Source: Mytilus californianus (taxonomy: Eukaryota). Taken from it: DNA of 64,000 nucleotides. The stretch is from NCBI RefSeq assembly GCF_021869535.1, contig NW_026262581.1, positions 25,420,001-25,484,000 on the forward strand, read 5' to 3'. Below the pieces are notes generated by a model that was not told the DNA's origin, did not search any database, and saw nothing but the letters and a program-made list of their open reading frames with translations. The translations under genes were made by a program, and so were the position numbers. Every line of letters begins with the position of its first letter. The first letter of the stretch is position 1. Of this stretch, positions 14,827-28,571 are shown in pieces.

Positions 14827-14975
14827 AGACAATAATAGTGTATTGACTTGACATATCAACGATATAAGGATTCGGCCCGAAACGGGGAAAAAGCTCGGCA
14901 GAGCCTCGCATTTCCCCGTTTCTAAGCCTCATCCTTATATCGTTGATATGTCAAGTCAAGACACTATTATTGTCT
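14827..14975. repeat. 149-bp fold-back (palindromic) element
   Basis: agacaataatagtgt.ttgacttgacatatcaacgatataagga inverted at the far end; inner aaacggggaaa/tttccccgttt stem. Confidence 0.9.
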
Positions 14976-17559
14976 ATTTAATAGACTTATATACAGTGAA
15001 TTTCTAATGTGTGTGCTACAATGTGTGATTTTTTTTAGTGCTGTTAACTTGTATTGTTTGTTTCATATTATAATGCTTGCTTGAATCTACTGTTGAACTT
15101 GTGTTATAAAAAAAATAAAATAATTTACTTATATTTGTTTCCATTTCTTTCATATTTACTTTAATTAAAATTACAAACCTGCTCGTGCATTTTTCATTGT
15201 TATTCAACGCAAAATAATTATCGAAGATACCTGGGACGATCTCATTTCACAAAGGATTTCTATTGTCTACTTATTGTACCTCGAACTTAAATACCCGGTG
15301 TAGGTCTCTAAGTTGAGGTTCAATTTACTAAAAGTTAATCGGGCATGACTAATTAGATACGCCCTCTTAAAATCAGGGGGTCCAAATAGGATCGGGAAAT
15401 AACACCCAGCAAAATACCATAATTTACAATTTTTGAAAATTTTTGATTCAAAGTGCTTTTGGTTGCTTTAATATCTCCATTCAATAATCAATCGGTGGAA
15501 ATACTAACCTGTCCCCAACCGAGAGATGTTGGCTGCAATAGGAATTTATTTAAATAAAAAAGTCCATATCTCATTTACTTATAGTGGGCGTTATTGTTTG
15601 TAAATTCATGACGTTTTGTTTTTTGGCATTCGTCTACCGTGGAGAAAAAGAGGGAAGGAGGGCTAATAGCTTAGCTTACGACTTCGATCATGATTCAACT
15701 GTATTCTATTACGGCATACGTTTTACTTCTAGCGAACACTCTGCCTTATTGTAAAAAGTGCCACTTTAAAATTGTAATCATTTGCCTCAGGTCGATCCAC
15801 TTTGCATCTCGTCGTAAATATGCATGACATATTTGCCACTGGACATAAAAGGAGCAATTAATAAATCAGCTTCATTTAGTGACGTATAATCATTTGGTTT
15901 CAGTAAATAATCGTCACCCAAGGGTGTCTGTGGAATAGAAATATGGTCACTTGGTCTTTTTCCGACCGGCAATAAAACGCTTGCCAAAGTGGGGCGTCCG
16001 TTTGGCTTTGCGGGATGTATCAAGTTTGCAGCCACGTCCGGTCAGATTGGGGACGTTAAATCCGATGCCTCGTGTACAGAAAGTGCCACGCTCTTTGCAC
16101 GTTAAGAACCCTTGCAACAACTCTTTGAGGGGTCCGTAGGTGGCCTGTTGCATGGCAAAATTTCTGTCCCTATCCAATATATCCTCATTGTCAAGTGGCA
16201 GTCCAAATTTCCCCGACCATCATCCCAGATGGCCTCTATTATTACAAAACCTACTTATTGTATTTATGAAATATTTGCCACTGGACGTTAAGCAACCAAC
16301 AATCAATAAATCAATAAATAATCGACTCAAACAGTTTTCCAATTTTATACTAGTATTTCATTTTTATTTAAGTATGAATTTTTAAGAGTAAATCTTTCTT
16401 CCATCATTTTTCTCTTTGCATTTAATCTTTTTTTTTAAACATTACAAAAACGTTGTCGTGGTTCACACCAGGGGTTACATTATATCCTTTAGCAAAACTA
16501 ATAGGAGAGGGGATAAGAACAGAAAAACGATCTTCACTGAGTGCCAATAACTCATATATTGAAACGAACAATGACGGCTGTCTCGTCTACGTGTCAACAT
16601 TTGCTGTTTCAAGTTTATTTATATCTCAGACTGGTATAAGAGTTGCCATAAAAGCAAAAATGGATAAAAAATGTTGACAACAATTTATTAAAGGATTCAA
16701 CTTATTTTGGGCGTTTCATTTATTTATTTTTTAGATATTGTTTTGCTAATCGGTTTCGTTATATTTTTTTTTTCATCTACAATTGTCCTAGCAAAAGTCG
16801 CAAAAAATGTGTTAAAATCAGCCATGCGACTTATTTGAAAATATTTAGCTGACCTTTCTTGTTGATTACACATTTCGATCATTCAACTCGTGCATTGATC
16901 GTTTTTCCACTTAAAGTTTTTTTAACGTATAGATAGCGTGAAATTCTCACTACACCAGGAATCGGATATACATTCCTATTTCGATGGGACATAACTGCAT
17001 ATTTATATATCCGATTAGCCAAACAAATGCACCCATTTAGCAAGGTATACTGTGGGACGGGAGAGGTCTCGAGATGTCAATATTTTTATACCCAAGGGAA
17101 TCATTTGATTTTGAATAAAAGGTGATAAAGATATACTGTACATTAATGCGAGAGCAACACAAATACACAGACATTTCAAAACATTTATAGTCAACTTTCA
17201 GTTTTTTTTTTTTTTTTTTGAAAGATCCGTATAACGAAAAATAATCAGTGAAAACCGCCTAATGACTTAATAATAGTTATATGGAGTTAACTCAATAATA
17301 ATTACCGTCAAATATTATATATACCAAAAGTCACATTTGATTTAATACTATTTACCGTCAAAGATATCCCAACAATCACTAGTCTCTGGTTGAAAAATTT
17401 CACCTGCCCTATTTTAATTTTGATCGGTGAAAATTTTAGAAGTTGTAAAATAAACCAGTAAAAGAAAAACACTTCACTGTATAATAAAACGGTAAAATAA
17501 ATGATGATAATGGATGACGACCAGCGGCAAATAAAAAGTATACGAGTATTAACCCCGCA

Positions 17560-17815
17560 TTTTACTAGACTGACACGCTGAGTCGGTGTTTTTACACGTA
17601 AGTTCCCAAGATATTAGTTCGCAGGAAGAAAAGTCACCCGACCCTGACACATTTCCGACTCTGTGCCGACCAGTCTGTGCTCCTACTCTATGATGTCACG
17701 TGTTAAGCGTTGAAATAGCCAATACTAATTTAACGTCTTTGTTTGGACCGGTCGGGATTCGAACAAACGACCTCCCGCTCTCAAGGGGAACATCTTCACA
17801 TGAGACCAACCAGTA
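17560..17815 (-). mobile_element. tRNA-derived SINE (mollusc Meta/MESC-like central domain)
   Basis: Reverse strand has box B GTTCGAATCCC, then ggtccaaacaaagacgttaaattagtattggc...agactggtcggc...aatgtgtc. Confidence 0.6.
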
Positions 17816-19397
17816 GAGCGGTAGTACATAATATACCAAAACCTCAAGTACAATAAACAATACAGTTTCACAGGCTTCTCACAGTTACAGACAGTAAATA
17901 CTAAAGCGAGCTAAAAGTATCTAACCTAAATTAAATGCGTGAAATGATATTGTAAACTACACGTAAACATCGATGATCGACTTTAGTGTAGATTTCATGG
18001 ATCAACGCTCTCGGCAAATTAAAAACTCTTGCACAAATTATTTGAGTGGTCCGAATGTGGTCAGCTGTTGCAAGTCTAAATTTCTGTCCTAATTCAATAC
18101 CCTCATTTTCCAGTGGTATTTTAAAGTTTCACGTCCAACCTCACTGTCGACCTCCTATTGCACGACCTACCTATTGAGTATTGTATTTAAAGACTTTATG
18201 TGTTATAGTCATGAACATGCATGAAATATTTGCCACTGGACGTAAAGCAAACAACAATCAATCAACTTCATAAATTGTTCTGTGTACTTAGCACTCAAGG
18301 AAAAAATCTTGTAAATTGCTTTAATGTACTATTTCCATTTAAATTTTTATGGGTTTTTTTTGTGTTTTTTTTCCCTTCAATTTATTACATAACTGACTGC
18401 TTATAAAAAAGTTTTAAATATTTTTTACTATGGTTCTTATCTACTGTTTTAATACGATTTATAACATGATGTTTTGTTAGGCAAGGATAAAACTAAGAAA
18501 GGTAAGTTTTTTCAGGTGTTTTGCTTCAATTGGACATAAAATGGGAATAACTGACGACTAAAATAAAAGGGTTTGTTTTCATATAATACATCGAACTTAC
18601 GAATTAAGTCACATAAACACGTTTTGATCGGGTCAGGGAAACCTAGTTTATGCTATAGATGTCAAATTTATGCTTTTTAAAACGATTTTATTCATTGAAG
18701 TTTGCATGCATAGTTTTTATTTAAAAAAAAAACCAAAGCAAGATCTATTAATTAATTGGACTGAACAGACAACACTAATTATTTTGCATTCGCATGTAAC
18801 GTAGTGTAGGAAAGTTACAGAATCAAAAAAGGAATGAACATTTACCGGATGAATATTGTGAAGGACCTTATGCATCTAGGTCTGTTCGATTAAAAGTTCT
18901 GAAACAAGCTGTTTAAAAAGCTAATTGATTTGAAGAATTTACTTACTGTTTTCTTAGGTCTGGTTTGTTTCATGATTACTGACAGATTAAAAACACCAAA
19001 TATATATATAACAAAAATTTGTAGTGCAGAATATTCATTGGTCAGTTATAAATGAGGTACATATAGGGTTTTGAATGCCTCATTTTTTAAATAAAAAATC
19101 GTTATTTTGAAAAGTTGGATTAAAAAATATAAATTTACCCCCTAATTTTGTAAAACTATCATTTGGTGTTATTTTAATGCTAAACAGAATATAATAAATG
19201 AATAATTGAATGATGAACTGCCATTTAATCGGTCCGTTTCCGTTGCAATTTGGTAACTGTTAATTGTATATATCAGTCTGAGTACTGTTTAACTCTCATT
19301 TAAGGTGAACATATTTAGACTCGTCCAATTTTGGGGAATTAGGTTTCTGCGAGTGCTTTTTGTGTACTTTTCTTATGTTTTTGACGGTTTGTAAGTC

Positions 19398-19556
19398 AGT
19401 AAAAGTTCAATGATTAAGTTAATATTGACATTAAAAGACCTCCTCACAAAAAAGGGCTGTTCAATTCCCCTCGCCCTTCGGGCTCGGGGATCTGAACATC
19501 CCTTTTTGTTCGGAGGTCTTTTAATATCAATATTAACTTATCATTGAACTTTTACT
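19398..19556. repeat. 159-bp fold-back (palindromic) element
   Basis: agtaaaagttcaatgat...aaaagacctcc arms inverted across the whole length, closing on a gccc-ttc-gggc loop. Confidence 0.9.
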
Positions 19557-20389
19557 ATTACACACAGAATTCATACACATACAAAAATAACCTATTACCT
19601 CTCCAAAAAAACACTTGTCAATTAAAAATTGATTAAACAATGTTATACAGTTTAATCCTTTGTTTGCACAAGTTTTCCCCCTATTCCCACATGTAATTTT
19701 AATTTTCTTACCAGATTTATAAAAAGTGGGAATAGGAGGAATGAACCTATTGTACTTTGCGATATATCAACTTTAAATTTGATTAACAATTCAGTAAAAC
19801 AAACATATTTGGACGACTTAATAAATAATGATACACTTGAAAATTTCATTTTGAATATTTTTGTAACTATGTCACAAATCTCTCGTGATATCAGCTTTGT
19901 CGTTTGCAGTCTCCAAATTTTTAAATGAATGCAGATGTTCGTTGTTAAGAATAGCCGCTCGGTGTGTTTTTTAATGAAATTTAGGCAACATTAATTAGTC
20001 TATAGCTACACAGATGTTCAAATCTTATCAATCGATAAAAGATATTTTGAAAGTATCAAACAGAAAAAGAAGGAATCGTCTACACTTTGAAAGGAGCATG
20101 ACCGGGTGTGTCGATTAGGTAATTTAAAACATCTCGTGCTATGCATACATAACCCGTCATTGGAATCCGCACTCAGATCTACTGTTACCTTTAATGTGTT
20201 TTTCTTTTCTTTTATACAAATAGTTTTAAAGGGAAAGTAACTATAACTCGACTCTGAACTTCCCGCGTGACGCAATCATGAATCTGTCATTTCGACTTGC
20301 TCATGGCGATGACACACCTCTCAGGACATGACAAAGGTATTAAAAACAGGATACCCTATCATATCTGACTTCACCTGATATGAAAACAA

Positions 20390-20645
20390 GAATGAACCCT
20401 GGTTTGTACTAGTCCGGATTTGAAGGGTGCTAGTTCACATGATGCTTTATTGAGTAGACAGACATGTCAAACTTCCCGGAGACATTGTACTTACTCTGAG
20501 CCGACCAGACTTTGATCTTACTCTTGGCGCCCCATAAATGGCAGAGGTGGAACAATAGTATACATTTCTTAATTCTAGGTCTCTGGATTGACCTGGCGAG
20601 GGATCGAAACCTCGAGCTCTGGCACCCGAGACGAGTACGCTACAA
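20390..20645 (-). mobile_element. Diverged copy of the same tRNA-derived SINE
   Basis: Box B-like ggtttcgatccc and the same central motifs as 17560-17815. Confidence 0.5.
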
Positions 20646-21056
20646 CAAAACAGTTAAAGCGGTTAATTTTGGTTTATTTTCCGTAGAAAAATTCTGCTAC
20701 TATGATATAGTTTGCATCTTGATGGTACTGTCTGAGCTAGAGATATGTCAATTTCTTATAAATACTTGTCTGATCATATTCAGAGAGAAAAAGACGAAAC
20801 ACCACCTATATCTGTTTACAATTTGAAAGTTATATTGTCTGATACTAAGTATTTGAACCTGATTTGTAAGAGTTTGGAAAAAAAAATTTTTTTTTGATAC
20901 AAGATTGTTTTGTTGCAAGTCAAAATTTAGGAAAAATATAATTTGACCGAAAAATACATTTCAGACAATGCCAAACTAGATGAATATAAAATGTGTTCAA
21001 TAATTGTAATTTATCAGAATATTTCAACCTGAAAATTTGTCCTCACTATTTATTTA

Positions 21057-21460
21057 AGGATGTCTGCTCCTCTTGTTTTTGCAAATTAATTTGGCCAAAT
21101 ATTCGGACTCATCTGGTTTTATCCATGTAGTGCCATTAAAATTTTTGCCTGCAAACCCCTACTTTTCTTTTCATAGTTTTATTACATATAGTCAAAAAAG
21201 CCATTTTTGAAAATCTTATAAAATCCTTGTTATTTTTCATAGTTATTTAAAGAAAAAAGGTGCCAATGTTAAATGTATGAAAAATCTAGAGAGAATCACT
21301 TCCCGTCAAATTTTCAATGGCTTATATCTCGAAAACAAGCACACGAACCCTTCAATTTATCTGCTTTTTAAGTTCCTTTATTCATATACTTTCAATTTAT
21401 AACAGTCTTTTAAAAAGCTTGTTATTTTGAAACAGATCTAGAGTAGCGAACATTCTTAGA
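21057..21460. mobile_element. Degenerate TTAA-type MITE
   Basis: ttaa|ggatgtctgct ... agcgaacattct; termini are imperfect inverted repeats. Confidence 0.4.
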
Positions 21461-23436
21461 GCTTGACTTAAAATTTTTCTAAAGACATGAATTTAATGTG
21501 TTATTGTTTTGAGAAAAAAGAGAATACTATATAAATTTTATCTATTACTTTTCTATCCATCAAATAAAAGCACCAGTAGTTGATATTTATCGTCATAATA
21601 TTAATCTTATATCAATACTCACCACCTTATCGAGAGCGATAAGAAGTACACGTGAATAACAACAATACTATGTAAAAGCGATATAAGAAATAAACATATA
21701 TATGAACTATATACAAATGAAAACTAAGTTCATTCCATATTGTGTCCCTTGTTTTGCCACAGAATAGTTATATGTCTAATAAACTCTCTTGTTTGGATGT
21801 CTTGTAGAAAGGGTTTGAATAGTCTATTAGTACCAATTAAAATACATTTCATCTCGTTACGAATTAACTTAATAGAATGTTAGTACAATGTTATTTGAAA
21901 TATACATAGACTTACTTTTCCATGTACTCCAAAAAGGTATGTTCCGGTAGGTATTTAAACAACTTAAAACAATATGATAGTAGTAGAAACAAAAACTTAA
22001 TTTCGCTATCGGTGGCTTTCGGTTTAATTGGGTGTAAGGTCTCGTCACCTTCAACCTTACCTCACATGTTACATGGGTGAACTGCATTCCTTCACATACG
22101 CTTAGATCGGAATTATCCGAAAAGTGAAAATAAGTTTTTGGAAGAATTGGTTTTATTTTATTGTTGCCAAAAGTACTAGATTCAAAAACCGGATGTAGGC
22201 TTCAGCTTGTCCCTTAACAATAATGTATACAAACGGGAAATGTGTCAAAAAGACAACAACCGGACCATAGAGCAGAAAACAGCCAAAAAGACCAATGGGT
22301 CGTCAACACAGCGAGAAAATTCTTCAACTGGAGGCGGGCTTCAGTTGGCCCCTACACAATAATGTATACAAACGGGGCATGTGTCAAAGAGACAATAATG
22401 CGACCATAGAGCAGAGAACAGCCCAAAAAAACGAACAACAAAATAAAGTAAACTAAACGGGTAGCCATAGCTGGATTATTTCACTACATTTTAGTAAAAA
22501 CAATTGTCTGTCGTTGAAAATAAAAAAAAGCAAAACAGTCAACAAGATTTTAAAGGTTATTTGTATTTTGTTTCTACAAAATACATTTATTTGAAAATCC
22601 TTTTAGCTCAAAAAGTAATATAAAATCAAGATTGTTTATCTCTAATATTTCTTTCAAAGTGTCTGCTGAATAATGCATACATGGAATCAAATATTTTTTT
22701 TTAGAAGTTCTTAGCTTAAATTAAGACGACTTCAAAAAGTGATGCTGCACAAACCATTTCCGTTTTATAGCCTCATTATTGACGAAAAAACGAGTAAAAT
22801 CTAGTCCACAATACACTACACAGAAAACTAAAATTTGAACAACACATACCACATCAATATTCGGGGATAAAATCATGTGCTCCGGAAGGGTTATCAGTTG
22901 CAAGGCTGAAAGGATTTGGTACGCCATACCTATACTTTCTTCTCAAACCTTTACTTTTCGGACCTTGTTTTTTTCTTTTATATACCTGACAAATGTTTTC
23001 ATAAAGTAAACATACTCTGTTCTGCATTGTCGTTATTTTGTTCATATTGCCATAAATTGTAGAAATACCTCTATTATTGAACAAAAAAATGTATCACTCT
23101 TTTACTTAATTTCAAATGACTTCTCAATGTTATCATTATTAAAACGAGTCAATGGCGTAAAATTAATACTAGAAGCATATATCACAATAAATGTCATTGT
23201 ACTTAAGTGTGTTGCACTTGCTTTATTCCATTTCATCTGTGTACAGTTACAAAGTTAATTCTGAAACTTAACACACAAGCTTTGTTCTTTTGTATTGCAC
23301 AAGGTTTTAATTGAATGTTCCAATTAAGTGCGATATATCTATACTATTTTTGTTCTTTAAATTTCAGTTTTCTTTTACCTCTCTTTCTGTGTGTATATGT
23401 CTAAAGTGTGAAATCTTGTGATAAAAGTACCTGACA

Positions 23437-23841
23437 CTTTTGTTTCCTATTCTGACATCGGACTCGGACTTCTTTTAAACTGAGTTTTACTGTGCGTATT
23501 GCTATGTGTTTCTTTATTCTACATTGGCTAGATGTATAGGGATCTCACAAAACATGTTTAACCCCGCCGCATTTTTGCGCCTGTCCCAAGTCAGGAGCCT
23601 CTGGCCGTTGTTAGTCTTGTATGTTTTTATTATTTTAGTTCATTTGTATGTTTTTGAGTTTAGTGTGACGTTCATTTTCACTGAACTAGTACACAGTTTT
23701 ATCTAGGGACCAGCTGAGGACCACCTCCGGGTGCGGGATTTTCTCGCTGCGTTGAAAACCCGTTGGTGGCTTTCGGCTGTTGTCTGCTCTTTGGTCGGGT
23801 TGTTGTCTCTTTGACATATTCCCCATTTACATTCTCAATTT
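23437..23841 (-). repeat. Family A repeat copy
   Basis: Reverse complement of the 387-860 and 34583-35070 sequence. Confidence 0.85.
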
Positions 23842-26154
23842 AACTTCAATTGTACGATAGATCTTATAAGATTGTTTCTTAATTCTGGATTGGTTCCTTT
23901 ATGAGAAATACATGTGATTAACAACTTTATCATGTAAACAAAAGATAAAAAACATATGAATAAAATAAAATTAAAAAAAAACTAAGTGCATTCCGGATTG
24001 CGGCCTTTTGTTTGTCCCTAAATACGTCTTATTTCATGTACCTCTACTTTATGATTTCTATAAAAAAAAATACCCTGGTTGTACATTAGGATCAATGGGA
24101 AAAGAGAAACAAATCTTCCTATAACGAAAAAAACTCCATATACAAGTGATTTTAAGTACTATGCAGTTTAAAATATACGTTCACTTACTTTACCATAAAC
24201 CCTTATAACAAGAGTTATGCCTCATCACCGTCAACTTTACGTCAAATTGTATATAGGCGAACTATATACTTTCATTTAAGACTAGGCCAGAAATATCCAA
24301 AAGTGGTTGGAAGAAGTTTGTTGTATTTTGAAATTGTCGAAAGTGTTAGTATATCTGTGTGAAATCTAAGGATGCTGGTGTCGTGTAGGAAAAAAAGAAA
24401 AAAATCACCACGAAATAAATCATAAAAGCAAACAACAAAATGACTAAATAACAAATAACAAAAACCTGAAGATGCTGATAACATTGAATTAAGTGGGGTT
24501 TTTTTATTTGTTTTTTTTTTTGTTTTTGTTTTTTTTTATCGTATATCATTTCATAAAAAAACAGTCGTAGAACAAGAATTATAGCGAAACAACACAGCCA
24601 ATCAAATTATTTTAAAGGTAAAAGTTTTAAAATTAAAATTTTTCAATATTACCTCAAAAAGAAGGATGCCATTAACAATTTTAAATCAGTCTGCAGCTAC
24701 GTCAATCTTTTCTTTGGTTTTTAATAGTCTTCCCCTTTCTATCTTTTAACAAACATGCACTTTAATCAATCGGCTGATTTCATTATACATTAAATACCAG
24801 GCTTGAAACTACGACAGACGCACTACGTCTAAAAGACTCATTAATGACGCTCGAATGAAAAAAAGGTAAAAGGGCCAAATATATTACGAAGGTGAACAAC
24901 ATTGAGGACCCCAAATTCCGAAATGTTTTGCCAAATACAGTTATGTTTTCTTTTCCTGTGGTATAAAACTTTCGTATTTCGTAAAATTCCAAGTTTTTTA
25001 TACAGTTGATTTTTTTTATTCTCCTATTCTCTGACTGCTTTTGGCGTCTTTACACTTATTTTGTTAGTTAATATGTAATGATTGATACGTAGGGCTTGGC
25101 AAACCTGATTTATTTTATCAGTTGTGGTTGACTTTGGACTAGGTCTCATTAACTGCTAGTACTCTTTTATCGGTGCTTTTCGCCTTATGCCTGTTTGTTA
25201 GTTTTTCTTTTGGTGCTTCTTACCGATCTTTTGAGTGAAGCTATTTGAAAAGAATTTTTACAGTTTGTTCTAATTTTTAACCGTTTTCAAATTTCAGGAA
25301 CAATACCGACAAATGAACTAAGCAAAATAAGCAAATGGTTGCTTCCTGAAAGTTTTGTTAAGTCGAAAAAATCAGTTTGACAAAGTGTATCTATCATTAT
25401 CTTCTTAAATTGTAGGGTAATATCTGTAAGGTAATATCTATTTCTATGTTATTTTAAAGACATAAGAAAATCAATGTTTAAAGAAAGACGACCCATTTTC
25501 ATCTATTTTGAACATACAAAATTCAGTTCTAACGTTTAATTTCATAGTATGTTTCAAGCGATAAATATAGCTGCGAACATATTTTATAAAATGTGTACTC
25601 CATTGCAAAGAAACCAACAACAAGATAACACAAACTAATGTTATAGTGATTCAAAAATAACATCATTAAAAATACCAAGCTTTTATTTAAGAAATACATA
25701 CACGAATTTTGTCTACACCAGACTCGTGACATATGGTTGAAACAGAAGACTGCATTGCACAAAACGCATTTTAGTAGTTTTTGTAAAATGTATAGATTAT
25801 CCAATTTTCTGGAAATTGATTTCGCAAAATATCAGCCGCGAGCGTTATAGGAAACTTGGTGGCGAGTGAGCGTATATCTAATCGCAGATAACTCGATGAT
25901 CTGTTTAACGTTCTATCTCTATCTTTTCTCCCTCCCTCAGACAGTTTAAGATTGGCAAAACAAGTTGTGTCCATTTGTTGGCTCTTTAAAAGTCATCTTA
26001 TGTGTTTCAATTTACACCCTGGATTTTAGCTATACAATGCCTAAATAGTTAATTGGTATCAATTAATTAACAGTGCCACCAAAACTACAATATTGATGTT
26101 TAAGAAAGTTGAAATATACATTGACATTAATTGTTTTCTTCATACCATGATGTT

Positions 26155-26285
26155 TTCCTACCGAAGGTCGGTGGTTCTCTCCGTGCACTCCGGCTTCCTC
26201 CACCAATAACAACTGACCGCCACAAAATAGCACAATAGTGTTGAAAGTGGCGTTAAACACCAATCAATCAATCAATCAATCATAC
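26155..26285 (+). mobile_element. 3' part of a SINE with (aatc)n tail
   Basis: ggtcggtggttctctccgtgcactccggcttcctccacc...gaaagtggcgttaaacacc followed by aatc repeats. Confidence 0.6.
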
Positions 26286-26789
26286 CATGATGATATGTTT
26301 TGTTAGAGAAGAGAGGAGGAATATACCAATAAGGATATTCAAACTAATAAGTATAAAAAAAACGATCAGATATTCAATAGATGTGTGGTATGTCGTGGTA
26401 GAAATAACAAAAATTAATTTTTATCATCATCTGAACTTGAAGAATATCATATATATTGTTACGCAAAAAAAGGTACCGGCTTTATTTGATACATTGTAAC
26501 AGTGACTCTGATAAAATGAAATGTTCATGTTTGATTGGAATGAATCATTTCAAGATGTTTATGAGATTTTCGTCAATTTCATGTATCTATAGCTAGATAA
26601 ATGGTATCTTCAGATGGAAGAGCTTAATTTAAAAATATGAACGGTAATGTTGACCTTATCAGACTATTTAAAAACACGTTAAAACATTATATATCATACT
26701 TTTATAACTATGTGTGGGGTGATGAAGATGTTGGAAAAACGTCTTTCATGAAAACACGTGATGATGTAAGAAAAAGGTAAACAGACAAA

Positions 26790-27035
26790 AAACAAATCAC
26801 AAAACACAACATGGAAAACTAAAGACTGAGCAACACGAACCCCAGCAAAAACTGTGAGTGATCTTAGGTGCTCCAGAAGGGTAATCAGATCCTGCTCCAC
26901 ATGTGGCACCCGTCGTGTTGCTCATTTAAGTACAAACCCGGTGGTAATTCTAATTCGGCAGGTCACACTCGGGGAAAAGGGGACGGGATTGTAGTTACGA
27001 CATTTGGAACATATCCGTCGTCATTTGTGAAATGT
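26790..27035 (+). repeat. Interspersed repeat family E
   Basis: gactgagcaacacgaaccc...ggtgctccagaagggtaatcagatcctgctccac; fragments also at 3635-3675 (-) and about 22878-22900. Confidence 0.6.
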
Positions 27036-27316
27036 AAATGGTTAAGGCTAAAATAAACCAATGAGTAACATGGGAAAATCCATTAAATGCATACAGCTTG
27101 TTATTCATGATAATCAAAAGTACTTCGTATATCCTCATTAGACATTATTTGCCTTTTTCCTCATATCAAAGGCAATACATTTTCCTTTGCCCTAATTGAA
27201 CTTAGAAGTTTTTCTAGACTGTAACGAGACACGTATATCTAAGTGCTAAATTTAAATGCAAGGAAGATCAGTAAAAATTGCATAGAGAAAAGCAACCACA
27301 ACCTATATATATTTTG

Positions 27317-27600
27317 TAGGGATGGCAACGAGTACTTCACCCCTTTGTTGATCATTAAATGTGTTTTTTTACGGTTCCCAAATGCTGTTGTTTGAGTAAA
27401 CATTTTTCTATATATCTGGTCCTACGTAATAATGTTGAGGATTTTACGTTCATAAAACAAGACAACGGCCCACAATAAATAACATGGATGTAATTTTGTG
27501 TTTTCATTTTGTAAAAGTTTTACCGAGCGAGTACTCGAGTATCGCTCGGTAAATCCAACGAATACTCGATGAGTAAATCTTCATCGAGTTGACATCCCTA
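27317..27600. mobile_element. 284-bp hAT-type MITE ~100 bp downstream of the TIR stop codon
   Basis: TAGGGATGGCAAC / GTTGACATCCCTA termini and an exact 8-bp TSD ATATTTTG (27309-27316, 27601-27608). Confidence 0.9.
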
Positions 27601-27697
27601 ATATTTTGACAAAAAAGATTGACCTATTTTTTTTTCTTTGGTTCTAACAAATGTCTGTCCATTCTTCTTTTTTCAATAACTACTGTTTGCACAGTAC

Positions 27698-28008
27698 TTA
27701 TTCAGGCAGAAGGGCTCTTTTCAGTTTTATAATTTCAAAAATATAGTCATCATCATTAGTAAAATCAGCGTATGTTATGTGTCTTAGTTTATCTGGAATA
27801 TCACACGCCTCCAGATAAAGTGGAATGATACAGTCTTTTCTAGATTCCATTGACTCAAGTAATGCTTGATTGGTCTCAAACTGACACCAGTAGCTGTTAA
27901 CAAACTTATTGGTTATAACCAATAAGATCTTTGAACTTTTCCTGAGAGAATTTTCAATATTTTCAAATATGAATTTACCAGGTTCAAAATCTCGGTCCGC
28001 TATACAAC
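27698..28008 (-). CDS. Terminal coding exon: remainder of TIR domain (G-CIADRDFEPG...SYWCQFE...IIPLYLE...KLKRALLPE*)
   Basis: Acceptor tttttcttttAG|GT at 28010-28009. Phase 1 matches the upstream donor and rebuilds VVLR-G-CIADRDF across a 563-bp intron. TLR-like BB loop RDFxPG and WCxFE motif; TAA at 27700-27698. Confidence 0.93.
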
Positions 28009-28571
28009 CTAAAAGAAAAATAAATCTTAGCATTTTTTTTTATATTTTACTGTGGGAAAATAAACCGATTAATAATACAATCCACGTTAAAAGGAACATT
28101 TTTTCTATTCTTGTGTGTATCTTGTCAATGCTTGTCAAGATTTACGTATTATTACATGTATGAAGATTTGCATTTAGAAATGTTGTATTTGTTTTTCTCT
28201 AATTTCATATTTCATCACTGGGTCGATACCATAGCTGGTAGACTGATTGTCGCAGAAGTTTCATCGGCTCAGTAGTGATGTGTTATAACATACCCTTCAT
28301 AAAATTTTTAGAACTAAGATTCCAACTCCTCCTGGCATTATGTGATTTTTTTATTCCTTTTAGGCTCTTTTAAATATATCCTGATATATTCAAGCATTTA
28401 TACATCTTTGGCTTTAAATATAAATTTAAACGTAGACGGTGAAGGGCGTATGGACGCAACACAATAATGACGTTTTTTTTAAATATGTTCTAATTAATCC
28501 TACTGCTGAAACCAAAATTTCAATACCCCACATCTATCTATACGTTCAAAGTACCTTTAAACTATGCGTAC

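Noticed and set aside
17740-17815. tRNA gene
   Set aside because: Only box B and a degraded cloverleaf, continuing into SINE body sequence; the same applies near 20585-20645.
13186-19740. Long MULE element bounded by tcctcctattcccacttttt and its inverse
   Set aside because: Only a 20-bp match; the motif also occurs in direct orientation and as a local hairpin, and no 9-bp TSD was seen.
25500-25974. Cys-containing minus-strand ORFs as a zinc-finger gene
   Set aside because: No consistent motif spacing or splice structure; at most a decayed TE fragment.
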